A program made the translations under genes and the position numbers. DNA of 64,000 bases from the human T2T-CHM13v2.0 reference genome, Homo sapiens. The notes beneath the pieces are model-generated. The model was given only the letters and a program-made list of their open reading frames with translations. It was not told where the DNA came from and did no database searches. The DNA is taken from the NCBI RefSeq assembly GCF_009914755.1, contig NC_060939.1, one strand, 5' to 3'. This document shows, piece after piece, positions 1 to 14,580 of the stretch. How positions within the stretch are numbered: position 1 is the first letter of the stretch; every line of letters starts with the position of its first letter.

Positions 1-11
1 AGACTCCTTCT

Positions 12-52
<41 letters not shown>
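1..52 (+). mobile_element. 3' end and poly(A) tail of an Alu, cut by the window edge
   Basis: AGACTCCTTCTC (Alu terminus) followed by an uninterrupted 40-nt A run at 13-52. Confidence 0.8.
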
Positions 53-55
<3 letters not shown>

Positions 56-1227
56 TAGTTGGACATTTTAGGGTTGGGAAATACTCCCCTATCCCATGCA
101 GCTCATTTCTCTGTGAATCAGGTAGTGAAAGGAGCTTCCCAAAAGGCACAGATGATTTGTATATGCTAAGCTTAAACCGAGGAACCCAACTCGTAGCACT
201 AATAATTATTGCAATTTGTTGAGAATAACAATAGCTTCGTAAAGCCCAGTGTTTCCCTAAAGGGCAAGTATAATAGGCCTATAACTTCAAACGTGTAAGA
301 ATAATTTGTTATTCATGTTAATCCCCTCGCCATTGCCAGCCACATCAATCTTTTTCAAAAGGGGAGCACTGGAAAAACCACTGAAGTCTGAAGGGAAAAA
401 ATAAACATGTAAGGTGAACAGGAGCACACAGTAAAGCAACTCTGTGATTCTGCTGGTTGCTGCCAGGGACTCGTAATGTTTCATTAACGTTCACCCACCA
501 CCCCATACCCATTTGGCTCCAACTCTCAGTAAGGCAGGGATGTGAGCCAGGAGAAGAACACCACCATCAAGTCATTGCTGGCTATTCCTACGAGGATACT
601 ATTTTTCAAAATTTTTTGCCACCTGAGGCCCAGGCAAAATTACTGGCCCTTGTTTAAATCACTGCATTCTTTACTCATGTACAGGTCAGTTTCAACTCAG
701 AAACAGTGCCTACTTTAAAAAATGTACACACACCCAAACAGCCACCCTTGTTTCCGGGACTTAGATTTCAAACCTACAGAAGTATTTCAAGTAAAAAGGA
801 TGCTTAGGAATAAGCAGTAGCTGACAATAAAAGAAAAGAAGATGCAATATGGATGGAGGTGACTGAAAACCAGGAATTCAAATGAACTGAAGGTACAGCC
901 TGTGGACCAACATCCTCCTGGAATAGAAATAAATAGCATTGGTAGTTTCAATTACATCCCCTCCCCACTTTCACTTAAATCATGAATCTAGATTTACACA
1001 AGATTTATACACTTCTGACCACAAATGGGCCTCCACATACCTTCATTTTCTTGTGCCATGCACATGAAAGAGAAGGGAAAGAAAGATTTTTTTTCCCCTT
1101 TGGTTTGCCTGGACATGGCACGAGGAAACATGAGCATTAGTGATGTCTAGCTTTCTCAGTTCTTGGCCTTTGAGGGCAAACAAGGCTCCTTTCCAGGTAG
1201 ACACTGACCAAAGGCCTTAAAGCATGA

Positions 1228-1569
1228 GTGTCTCAGTTTGTTTTGGCTGCTATGACAAAATACCTTAAACTGGGTAATTTACAAATAATAGAAATTAATT
1301 GTCACAGTTCTGCAGGCTGGAAAGTCCAAGATCAGCATGCTGGCAGATTCAATGTCTGATGAGTCCTCCCCCTTTGCTCCATAGATGGCACCATGTCGCT
1401 GCATCCTCACATGGCAGAAAGCATGAACAGCTCCCTAGCACCTCTTTTATAAGGTCACTAATCCCATTTATGTGGGCTCTGACCTCATGACTTAATCACC
1501 CCTTAATACTATCACATTGGCAAGTAAGTTTCAACATATGAATTTTGGGGTCGCACTCAGACCACGGCA
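1228..1569 (-). mobile_element. MaLR solo LTR, MLT1A-like
   Basis: GGCTGCTATGACAAAATACC..., CACAGTTCTGCAGGCTGGAAAGTCCAAGATCA and terminal TTCAACATATGAATTTTGGGG match the reverse complement of MLT1A/MST-type LTRs. Confidence 0.8.
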
Positions 1570-2055
1570 ATGGGAAAATTAATATTTGTTTTCATATAAC
1601 AGGGCATTTGATTCTCCTCTCTGCCATTAGCATGCAACAAGCCATGTAACCTTCCAGGTTTACAGAAGGCAAACCTCAACCACTGACTCCTCCTGGGTGC
1701 TTTTTGATCCAGTAGTCTGTATGGCCTACAGGTAGACCGCTTCCTTCAATCACTGCTTGAGGAATCACTGGAGGAGGAGTCTTATTGCGATGAGAGACTG
1801 TCTGGGTCCCATGTTGTCAGGGGCAGGCCCAAGAGACAGAGAGTTGTAGGATGGGCATATAGAAGTAGGGCAGTTGCTAATAATTGTCTTAGTAAGTTAT
1901 TCTAGATTTGCCAGGCCTGCACCTCAGCAGTTGCAAGCCACTTTTACTTCTGGGGTATATTTTTTCTTTTAAATTATTTTTATAGTTTCTTAAATTAAAA
2001 AATTATAAGCTCATTATAAAATAGCACCTGAAGCACACAAATTAAAAGTAAGAAT

Positions 2056-2349
<294 letters not shown>

Positions 2350-5156
2350 TAAAAGTAAGAATGTCTAAGTTTCTTTCCCCAATCATCCCATTCCTTCACA
2401 GTTAACACTTTTGCTCCCAGCATTCTTTACAAATTCTGCTTCTGAAACCTGTGTTACTCTGAATTTGTCCATTGTCTTTTACTGCCCTGGCCTCTAACTT
2501 TGGATACACCCTTAACTTGATGTCTGCCACAGGACCTTGAGTTAGGTTCCCATTCACAACAGCTTGGCCTTGACAGCTTCAGTTCAGCCACTTGCCATGT
2601 TTAAGCTGGGTTTTCTCCAATTTAAATACTTTCATTTTTTAAAGAGCTGCCTGGCCTTCCTCTCATCAGCTATAGAAGAGATTTAGTGGTGGTGGTTTTA
2701 CAAGCTAAAATACAATCAAGAAGTTGTGAATAAGACATTCTAGCCTAGAAGGAATGAATGGTATCTCCTAAACTCTAAGGAAATATTGATTACAGTATTT
2801 AATCATGGAGAGTATGGAAGAAAATAACAAAATACTATATTAAGCATATTTATGAACTGTAACATGATTTTATGAACTATAAAACATTAACTTCATTTTC
2901 TTAAGGTACACTTTTGAGTCAAGAGGATATGATACTTTCACTCATTCACTTTTCACATTGTGAACTGAGATCCCTACATACCTCTCCCCCTTCTTTTGAC
3001 ATCGTCTGCCCTAATATGTTCTCTTAGGTAACTGTGATGTTAAAAGATAAATAGCCTCAAATACTGGATGTCTAATGTGAACATGAGTTGGGACATGAAT
3101 TAGTCTAAATCATCTGGACATTTTGCACTGGCACACCCACCTTTGCTAACAAAAGTTTGTCTGGGATGATTTTCCCATTAGGAATCCTGCCCATGGCCCT
3201 TTAAAAATAAATCATACCTGTAGAAGATCCTTCTTTCCATGGTTATGGCAGAAAGCATGGGTCTTAGTTCCAAGTCTAGAATTAGATGACATGGATAGAA
3301 TCTAGAAATACCAAGGCTGGGTAAAGAACATAAAACTGAGAGTGATCTCTTGTTTCAGGATGAGGTTCCCAAATGAGGTTATGTGATGAGACAACCACTC
3401 ATATAGCAACAGGCATCACACAGACCACTTCTTAATATCTCTTCACCAGTCAACTGACATTCCTCCAACAGAGTTGTAAGGGCCGATCTATATGAGATGG
3501 TCAAGCAACAAGGCTGGCCTGATGAATGAGTGCAATTTGAGACCTTCCAGGTATCATGAACCCACCCACTCCATTATGACATCTAAAATTCTCCTACCAT
3601 AAATTAATTTATTTGCATTTACGAGTCCCCGTTGAGTCACTAGGAAAAGCAGTAACTTAAGCTGTTGTCATTTAACTAAAGCATGCTTTGAAAGCTACCA
3701 GTACCCAAGGTTGAGGAATATAAAGGAAATACAAAGTAGGTGAAAATGGACATTTAAAGGGAAGTTAAGTTGTCAAAACCAAATTGCAGTCTTTTCTTTA
3801 TTTTGCTTATGGTTTGCCCTCTTTTGGAAAATTTTCTTCCAAGCAGCGGAAAACCCTCAGAATGAAAAATGATGCACTGTAAGGAACCTGAAAGAGGATT
3901 AATTCTAAGCAGATACTTACATACTTTTGAACCAAAAGGAGAAGTATTTATGGATTCTAACCGTCCTGACCCTCTTTTCAACATAGCTGTGAATATCAAT
4001 GACAGTGTTTAACACATATACATAAAGAAGGTCTATGTAGGGAAACCAGAGTTTGGATGGAATTCAACCAAAAGACACCCCCACTTGGTTTCAGGACCCT
4101 CCCTTCTAAGGAGCCAATTTCCAATAGAAAGCAACCAAACTTTAAAAAAAAATCATAGAGTAACCCATTAAATATTTCACAGAAACTCATTAAAACATTT
4201 TACTATTTGCTCTGATTATCATGTGGCTGCTTATACAGATGCCCATAAATCTGACTGCATTAGGTTCTCAGGCCTTTATTTCAGTTAATTTCTTCTCCCT
4301 ATGTGGACTTGCCCAGGAAATGAGATTTAATGAGTCATCGTCCTCCCTGATAATCACAGGAGAGCTCATTAGCTTTTTGTCAGATTTGTACCAACTATCT
4401 GCCCCCAATATGCCTATGACTTCTTTTGAGTTAAATATGATATTACCAAAAGGGAGAACTGAAAAGAGCATTTCTGTACTGAATGCTGCAGACTTGAAAC
4501 ACTATATAAATATTTTTACATATGTTAAAAGGCATCTGAGAGCAAAAGGTAAGAAAATAACAAAAATACAACATTCCCTATTGATGGCATCACTATTTAG
4601 ATGACACACATCATTAAAAAGAAATAAAGTTTGACATTTACATGTTTGGAAGTCTTTCTAAATCTGTTTAAATGCCTGAGCTGAGTCAATGCAAATGCAA
4701 GTTCAAAGAACAGAAGAAAACAATCTAATGGTTCTTAAAATTCGTGAAGTTTGAGGAGTTCTCCATCATGTATGTTAGGATACTTCACCAAGGTCTCCCA
4801 ATCTCCTGACCTTCCGTTTTCACTGGAAATAACAAAAGGCTCTCATGTCACTTCATGGGAAAGGGGAAATTTTTACACTTCCCCCAAAGAAAAGCTTGAA
4901 GTAAACCTTCCATACTTTCATGGACCACCTTAGTGATAAAGTTGACTTGGCTTTCAGTAAAATTGCCCATAAAGGAAGATATGACGGTGATGGTAAAAAC
5001 ATCAGAGTGATTTTCTGAATTCTCATTTGAGTCCCTCAAGAGGTTACCATTTCCCTTCTAGGTACAGACAGAGTTACCTGGGCAAAGGTGTTGCTCCTGC
5101 ATGGCTGAGTGACCACCACGGACCAGGGCCCAGCTCTTCATCAACATTTATTGAAC

Positions 5157-6087
5157 GTTTGCAATCTACTTATCTGACAAAGGGCTAATATCCAGAATCT
5201 ACAATGAACTCAAACAAATTTACAAGAAAAAAACCCCATCAAAAAGTGGGCAAAGGATATGAACAGACACTTCTCAAAAGAAGACATTTATGCAGCCAAA
5301 AGACACATGAAAAAATGCTCATCATCACTGGCCATCAGAGAAATGCAAATCAAAACCACAATGAGATACCACCTCACAGCAGTTAGAATGGCGATCATTA
5401 AAAAGTCAGGAAACAACAGATGCTGGAGAGGATGTGGAGGAACAGGAACACTTTTACACCGTTGGTGGGACTGTAACCTAGTTCAACCACTGTGGAAGAC
5501 AGTGTGGCGGTTCCTTAAGGATCTAGAACTAGAAATACCGTTTGACCCAGCCATCCCATTACTGGGTATATACCCAAAGGATTATAAATCATGCTGCTAT
5601 AAAGACACATGCACACATATGTTTATTGTGGCACTATTCACAATAGCAAAGACTTGGAACCAACCCAAATGTCCGTCAGTGATAGACTGGATCAAGAAAA
5701 TGTGGCACATATACACCATGGAATACTATGCAGCCATAAAAAAGGATGAGTTCATGTCCTTTGCAGGGACATGGATAAAGCTGGAAACCATCATTCTCAG
5801 CAAACTATCACAGCGACAAAAAACCAAACACCGCATATTCTCACTCATAGGTGGGAATTGAACAACGAGAACACTTGGACACAGGAAGGGGAACATCACA
5901 CACTGGGGCCTGTTGTGGGGTAGGGGTAGGGGGGAGGGATACCAATAGGAGAAATACCTAATGTAAATGATGAGTTAATGGGTACAACACACCAACAGGG
6001 CACATGTTTACATATGTAACAAACCTGCACATTGTACACATGTACCCTCGAACTTAAAGTATAATAAAAATAATAATAATAAAAATA
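5157..6087 (+). mobile_element. 5'-truncated L1PA (about L1PA5-6): ORF2 end, 3' UTR and A-rich tail
   Basis: L1 ORF2 and 3' UTR sequence, G-rich tract, ...ACTTAAAGTATAATAAAAA; 14-bp TSD AA(C/T)ATTTATTGAAC at 5143-5156 and 6088-6101. Confidence 0.95.
5259..5861 (+). pseudogene. L1 ORF2p C-terminal fragment (200 aa open); non-functional part of the truncated L1
   Basis: [24 protein letters not shown]...[18 protein letters not shown] (C-X3-C-X7-H-X4-C knuckle)...[10 protein letters not shown]; no EN or RT domain, no promoter. Confidence 0.93.
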
Positions 6088-6427
6088 AATATTTATTGAA
6101 CTAACCAGGGGCCATAGAGCCTATCTGGAATGCATAAGATTATGCAGCTCTATAGTCCTTAGATTGAAACAAAGTCCTAGATTCAAACATCAGTGCTTCT
6201 GAACACTTTTTGGGTGGCATATCTTTTTCAGAATCTGATGGTAAAAATGGACTTTTGCTCAAGAAAAATGCACCACTCCACTACAAATGCACATACACAC
6301 AAAATTTGGGGGACAGTTTCAGAGAGTTCTCAAACACTGCAATCTTATTTCTAGCCTTGCTTGGGGTTCCTGGACCTAAGATTAATCCTCTTATACAGAT
6401 GACAATATCAAGGAATGTAATTAAAAC

Positions 6428-6640
6428 TACTACTCATTGAGAACTTACTACATATCAGGCAATATTATCTCATTACACTCCCACAACAACCCTAAGAGGT
6501 ACATCTGTTATTAACCACATTTTACGTATGAGGAAACTAGACAAAGATTTAAATTATAACAGCTTGTCAGAGGCAGAGCTGGAGCTTCAAACTCAGTGCG
6601 CCTCTGGCGTCTGTGCTCTGAGCCTCTAGAGTCTGCTGCC
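6428..6640 (-). mobile_element. MIR SINE
   Basis: CACAACAACCCTAAGAGGT...CATTTTACGTATGAGGAAACT core, then GGCAGAGCTGGAGCTTCAAACTCAG. Confidence 0.75.
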
Positions 6641-8166
6641 TGTCCTATAAAACATATTTTTATTCTAAAGCATGTTCACTTCTGCTTTCTCATTTAATCT
6701 TTGTAACTACCCTATAGTTACAAAGATTAGATTGTGATCTGATCTACCTAAGCTAATTCTAGGAGTTAGATTAAGTAGATATCTCCACTTTAGTAGGTGT
6801 TGAGGGCATTTCCAAAGTAGAGCGAGAGATTTGCTACCCACAGTCTTTTCAGACAACGAAGTCACAGTTGATGAAATTAAAAATTAAAAACCAAAATTCT
6901 GACTTGAGCCTTCTTTCTCCATTCACTACAGGTTTAAGCACTCTAGGAACACCATCTAATTTCTTTATTCATAGCCATCCACTGCCTTGAGGACTAAGTC
7001 AGCACGGTAAGGTTTTGAAGCCATGTGGTGATTCCTACAAAAACCTGGCTTCCTGTGGTTCGCAGAGCACAGTTTTGTTTCTACAAAGGCAAAGGCATAG
7101 GGAAGAACAGACAGAGGAGAAAAGTTGTCAATCTGCAGAATATAAGAATGTTTAATGTGCATATGATCATGCTGGACATTAGATGCATGGCCTTGTCTTT
7201 ATATAGAACCCCAAATCTAGTTGAAATGTTAAAATATTTTTAAAACATTTAACCCTTCCCTTACCTGAACTCTACCTAGCATTCCTCAGTGCTCAGCTGT
7301 TCCCATTCCTCAGTGAATTTCTCCCTCCTGAAAACCTCTATCAGCTTGTACTGCCCATTCTGCACAAACATTCAATGTCAGTCATTTGTCCTGGCTTTCT
7401 GCTCCAGTGAAATGGCAGACTGCACAAACACAGCTTCAATTTACTTCTAAAAGCGCAGAGAAATACAGGGGGAAATGTAGCAAAAAGTTTCTGAAACAGA
7501 ACCAAACTTGTAAGAAAAAATGAGAAAGAGAGAATAAAATAGAAATTCCCAGGTACAAGAAATGAGGAGGAACAACAGCCAGAGCTGCCATGGTGTCATC
7601 TGTGAACTCACGCTCTGGGGACTCAGCAAGGTGTGGGTCTAGATTTGGGCCATAAAGACCAGGGGCTGGGGTTGAAACACCCATTCAGCAACAGGAGAGG
7701 TGGAGAAGGCCTACGCAAGGTGGGGAATTAGAACTGACAACCGGCTATGAAATCAAGATCCTAGAAGGCACAGCAAAAAGGGAAGAGAAAGGAACTTTGT
7801 CTTTTCCCAGATCCAAGTGGTAAAGAAAGTCAGTTATGGGAAATCAAACCCCCAAGTCTATTTGACCATGCAGGTATAGGGTCTAAACTCACATTATCCA
7901 CCTGTAAGGAAATCTCAGTGAAGAAATTAAAGTAAAAACTGGATGCATACCAATAAAACCACTGAGATGCCCATCATAAGAAATGTAAAACTACTCTGTA
8001 GAAACATTTTCACAACCCCAGGAGCATGGAACATCCCCAAGATGGAGAAAACTCCTGCTAAGCTAATACTTAAAAGAAAAAAATTACAAATCACAAAAGA
8101 AAATAATTCTCTATAAGAAAGAGTAAGCAGATATAACAAACAGGAAGGTAATACACTAATAACTTA

Positions 8167-8524
<358 letters not shown>

Positions 8525-8662
8525 AACTAAAGATATTAAAGAAAGATTTGAAGCCACGATACAAGAACAAGACACCCTATAATAAAAAATACATTTGGAA
8601 ACAAATCATGTCATACTTTTGGAAATTGATAAAACACAGTGAATTTAAAACTAAATAAATAA

Positions 8663-9133
8663 TGTATTAGTTTCTTAGGGCTGCCATGACAAAGTGCCAC
8701 AAATTGGGTGGCTTAGAACAACAGAAATGTATTGCCAGAAATGTACTTTTAGACGCTTTTTTAAACCCAAAATCAAGATGTTAGCAGGGTCTTGCTCCCT
8801 CCCTCTGAAACTTGAAAGGAGAAGTTCCTTCCTTGTCTCTTGCAGCTTCTTCTAGCCCCCGGAGTTCCTTGGCTTGTTGCAGCAAAGCTCCAATCTTCAC
8901 ATGGCATTCTCCCTATGCCTCTTCACATAGTCCTCCCTCTGGGCATGCCTCTGTGTCCAAATTACCCCTTTTTATAAGGACACAAGTCATAGTAGATTAG
9001 GGCCACCTTAACGACCTCATTTTAATTTGATTACCTCTGCAACAATCCTATCTCCAAATAAGGCCACATTCTGAGATACTAAGATTAGGACTTAAATGTA
9101 ACATTTTTGGAGGACACAATTCAATCCATAACA
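8663..9133 (-). mobile_element. MLT1C-like solo LTR
   Basis: TG...CA termini (TGTATTAGTTTC...CAATCCATAACA); TGTGTCCAAATTACCCCTTTTTATAAGGACAC typical of MLT1C. Confidence 0.85.
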
Positions 9134-9510
9134 TAACAGATACAACAGAAGAGAATCGATGAAAGGAAAGATAAATCAGGGAATTAACCACAATGCAGCA
9201 TAGAAAAATTGATAGGAAATATAAAAGCTAAAAGTTATGCAGAATAGAATAAAAAGATTCAATATACGTTTCTTAGGAGTTCCAAAAGGAAGGAGTAAAA
9301 AGGATGAAAGAGAAGCAATATTCAGTGAGATCATGGGTGAGATTTTCCAGAATTTATGAAAACAGATCCCTAGATTTAGGAAACACAGAAAGTAAAGCAG
9401 GGCAAAGAAAAAGCCACAGCTATATACATCCTAATGAAACTGCAGATCTTCAAAAATAAAATCTTAAACAAAGACAGATGAACTATAAAGATTAGGTTGG
9501 TGACAGATTT

Positions 9511-9822
<312 letters not shown>

Positions 9823-9859
9823 GGCAGATTTGTCATCACCAAAATTAAAAACTAAAACA

Positions 9860-10075
9860 AGAGTAATCAGTGCTGGTAGAAATCTGGATAGTGTTTAACT
9901 GCTGGGGGACTAGCGGCTGGCAGGGGCCATGAGGGAGCTTCTAGGGTGCTGGCCATGTTTAGTTTCTTGACCTAGTTCTGATTACATTTCCTTGTTGATT
10001 ACATGTGCTCATTACGTGTATCCATGATGGGTGTGCTTTTTCTATATGAATGCCATAATCCAATGAAGATTTTTT
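9860..10075 (+). mobile_element. L1ME-type 3' UTR fragment nested in the older L1M
   Basis: GGATAGTG...GGGGCCATGAGGGAGCTTCTAGGGTGCTGG...TTTCTTGACCT...GTGTGCTTTTCTATATG resembles the L1ME 3' end. Confidence 0.6.
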
Positions 10076-10729
10076 TTAAAAAGAGAGCCAGAAGACAAAG
10101 GAATAATGCCTTCAAAGTGCTGAGGAGAAAATAAGTCAGCAAAATTATCACTCAGGTAGATTGACAAGGTAAAGATATTACAATCAGATAAAGATTGTGA
10201 GACATTACTGTTCACCACCTTTGCTGAAAGAACCGCTAAAGGATGTATTGTAGGAGGAAGACAATTGAACCCAGAATGAAGGAATAGCATTGCAAGGAGC
10301 AATAGTGAGGCAAGAAATTGTGAGGCAAATCTAAAAAAAATACTCACTGAAAAATAGTAAAGATGACAAAGTTTTAACCAAGGAAGAATCAAAATCCTAG
10401 GGGAAAAATATCCAAGATGGTGAGAGAGACCTTTGGGTACAAAGTTTCTTGTATTATTTGAGAGAAGGGAAGAAGTATTGAATTTCAACTCTAAGTATAT
10501 GTGTTAAAAATTGAATGGCCACTAAAAAGTAAGAAGTAGATATATAACTTTCAAAGCAGTATGAGGGGGGTGGGGCATAAAGAAAATTCAGTCTATCTAA
10601 GGGAAGCCAGTGAAGGAGGAAAAAAAAAAAAAAGCCAAGAAAAGTTGTTGAATAAAAAGTCCAAAGAAATTATGGCTTAAATCATGAATGGACCAAGCTA
10701 GTCAATTAAGAATAGATATTCTTAACTTT

Positions 10730-11075
10730 TTCTTTTAGAGGCAGGGTCTTGCTCTGTCACCTGGGCTGCAGTGCAAGTGGTACAATCATAGCTTGCTGCA
10801 GCCTTCAACTCTTGGGCTCAAGTGATCCTCCCACCTCAGCTTCACAAGTAGTTGGGACCACAGGCACAAGCGCCAGTGGCTGGTTAATTTTTTAAATGTT
10901 TTTTTTTTTTTTTTCGTAGAAATGAGATCTTACTATATTGCCCATGCTAGCCATGCTAGCTTTCCTCCATCTGTCTCCCCCTCCTCAGGCTTTCCTATTT
11001 CCTGGCTTCAACCAATCCCCCTGCCTTGGACTCCAGAAGTGCTAGGATTACAGGTGTGAGCCACCACACTTGGCC
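10730..11075 (-). mobile_element. AluJ carrying a non-Alu internal insertion
   Basis: J-type antisense Alu; TSD TCTTAA(C/A)TTT at 10720-10729 and 11076-11085; foreign segment at about 10951-11000. Confidence 0.9.
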
Positions 11076-11940
11076 TCTTAAATTTATAATAATTTAGTTA
11101 TATGCTGTTTATAAGAGACAAGTATGAAATACAATGACACAAATAAGTTGAAAAGAAATGATTGGAAAAACATGTATGAGTCAAATTTAATCCAAAGAAA
11201 GTTTTTAAAGACTAAGATTAGAAAAAAAAAAAAAATAAGGGGAAAAATTCTTATTAGAAGAAGAGTCATTAGTATATGAGGAAAAAAAAGGACCAATTCA
11301 CCAAGAAGATATAACAATCATGAGATTGAATGAACCAAAGAACATTGCCTCAAACTATATGAAGCAAAAAATTTAGCTGAATTACAAGGAGAAATTGATC
11401 AATTCTCCACAGTGCTGGGAGATTTTAACATTGGTGCTTTAAATCTGATGAGTCTACATTTCATCTCCACAATCAAACTGTAAGGTTCTTGAGGTCAGAG
11501 TGCGTGTCTTATGCCATGTTCCCCCAATATATGAGATGCATTTCCCCTCCCTCCCAAAGTATCTGAACATATAAATGTCCCCGCTCATATAAATGGTTAA
11601 AAGACAGTGCGCTATAGGCAAGTGCAAAGCACAGAAAGTATGTACTAATAATTTATTACTGATAGTAGACACTTTTTGTAACAAGTAAGACTATTACAAG
11701 TAGAATAATTAATGAAGACATAAAATAATGGAGTCAAGAGAGAGAAAAGAAAATTGTCCCTATACTTCTTTTGAAGCATTTATGAGACACCAGGTTCATT
11801 TCTTAAATTATTCAAACTACTGTATAAACTAATTGGAAGATCATGTATATTCATTTTAAATGGGAAAAAAATGGACCTAGAAAGAATTTTAAAAGTGCAA
11901 ACAGAATTTGCATTTGGTGGATATAAGACAGTAGCAATGA

Positions 11941-11960
11941 TACTACCCCCTAGTGGCAGA
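11941..11960 (-). promoter_or_regulatory. Candidate CTCF binding site
   Basis: Minus strand reads TCTGCCACTAGGGGGTAGTA, close to the CTCF core CCAC(C/T)AGG(G/T)GGC(A/G). Confidence 0.55.
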
Positions 11961-12569
11961 GCATAGCAACCCCAACAGGATAATGAAGGTATGTGTTGTA
12001 TATCCCATGGGTCATTTTCCTAACAAAAGTATTAAGCTGTAAGAAGTATTCTGTAGATCATAAAGTTGATTGTAGTAAATGTTCAATCAATGTCTGCTGT
12101 TGTTATTGTCATCACTACAGTGTCATCAGCATTTTTGTTATGCTCAGCCTATAGCTAAGTGCCTTTGTGACAGGTATCAATATCCAGGACATCAGCTGTG
12201 GCCAGGGCTACAAGGTCACACCACATAGAAAGGGCAATTTATATTAAGGGAACAGCCTTCAGCCACTTTTTTTTTTTTTTTTTAGAGCGGAGCAGTGTAA
12301 CCATCAGACACCAGGAGGCTTCCTGGCCTTCTCAGTACATCACGCAATGGCAGCTTTTTGAAGATCAGTAACATGAAGTCTGTCCTAAAGAACATTGAAG
12401 GTATCCCTCCTGGAAAACAATGCTATTTTCTTATGGTCCACAAGGAAAAGAAAGAAGGAATGTAAGTATTCCAGTTACAACTCACTAGGATCCATCCATG
12501 TGTAAATACATCCCACAAGGTGGATTAAAAGTATATAAATTTGTGTTAAAAAGAAAGTAAAATGGTTAT

Positions 12570-12690
12570 TATATAAGATGCTGATATTAGGGGAAAATTA
12601 GTGAAGGATACGTAGGAACTCTCTGTACTCTCTCTGCAACTTTTCTGTAAGTCTAAAATTATTCCAAAATTAGAAGTTTCTATTTTTAAA
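12570..12690 (+). mobile_element. L1MD/ME-type extreme 3' end
   Basis: GGAACTCTCTGTACT...TGCAACTTTTCTGTAAGTCTAAAATTATTCCAAAAT. Confidence 0.72.
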
Positions 12691-13319
12691 AATTGATGGT
12701 CAAAAAGAAAAGAAGAAGGTAAAATTCTTATTGTATTTGTCAAGAGATTCACTGACAGCAAATGCCATAACCTATAGGTAGCAGACAGCAATTTTATTTT
12801 AGTTGGAAAAATGTGGGTCCAGAATGGAATTTCTTGAGAATGTCCAGAATTTCTTGAGATGTCCATTAGGCATTCTTCTAAACCAGTGCCCCAGTGCAGG
12901 CTTTGAGCAATCTACTTCTACAACAGAAAGGCAGTTGTAGAACCCCTGCATAGCTTGTCCTACAAAGAAAATAATACCTTTATAATTTGGGCCATTTCCC
13001 GTAAGGTTTGGGTCATTTTTGTCATGTGCCTTTTAGACCAGTCAGGTGGAACACTTAACTATGTTAAATCATTTTTTCAAGAGTTATGACTAAACGATGG
13101 GCAAAGGAGCTGGAGTTGGAGGTAAACACTGAAGAAATGTGGTCAAAGGCAATTTGAAGTTGACCTGGTGGTCTAAAGTGCAATGACCAAACTATTCAGC
13201 TCTCAATGATTGATGTGTGGACTTCACACAAAAGCAAATGTGGAAATTGTGATTCCAATCTCAACCCAAATCCAGTCAGTTGCCAGTCTAACCTGTTGGG
13301 TTATTTTTAAGTTTTAAAA

Positions 13320-14580
<1,261 letters not shown>

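Noticed and set aside
4221-4604. 127-aa ORF in unique DNA
   Set aside because: No recognisable domain, splice context or codon signal; compatible with chance
5259-5861. 200-aa ORF as a host gene
   Set aside because: It is the L1 ORF2p C-terminus within a 5'-truncated L1 with TSDs
10042-10488. 148-aa hydrophobic minus-strand ORF
   Set aside because: Antisense read of A-rich L1 ORF1 remnant; hydrophobicity comes from T-richness
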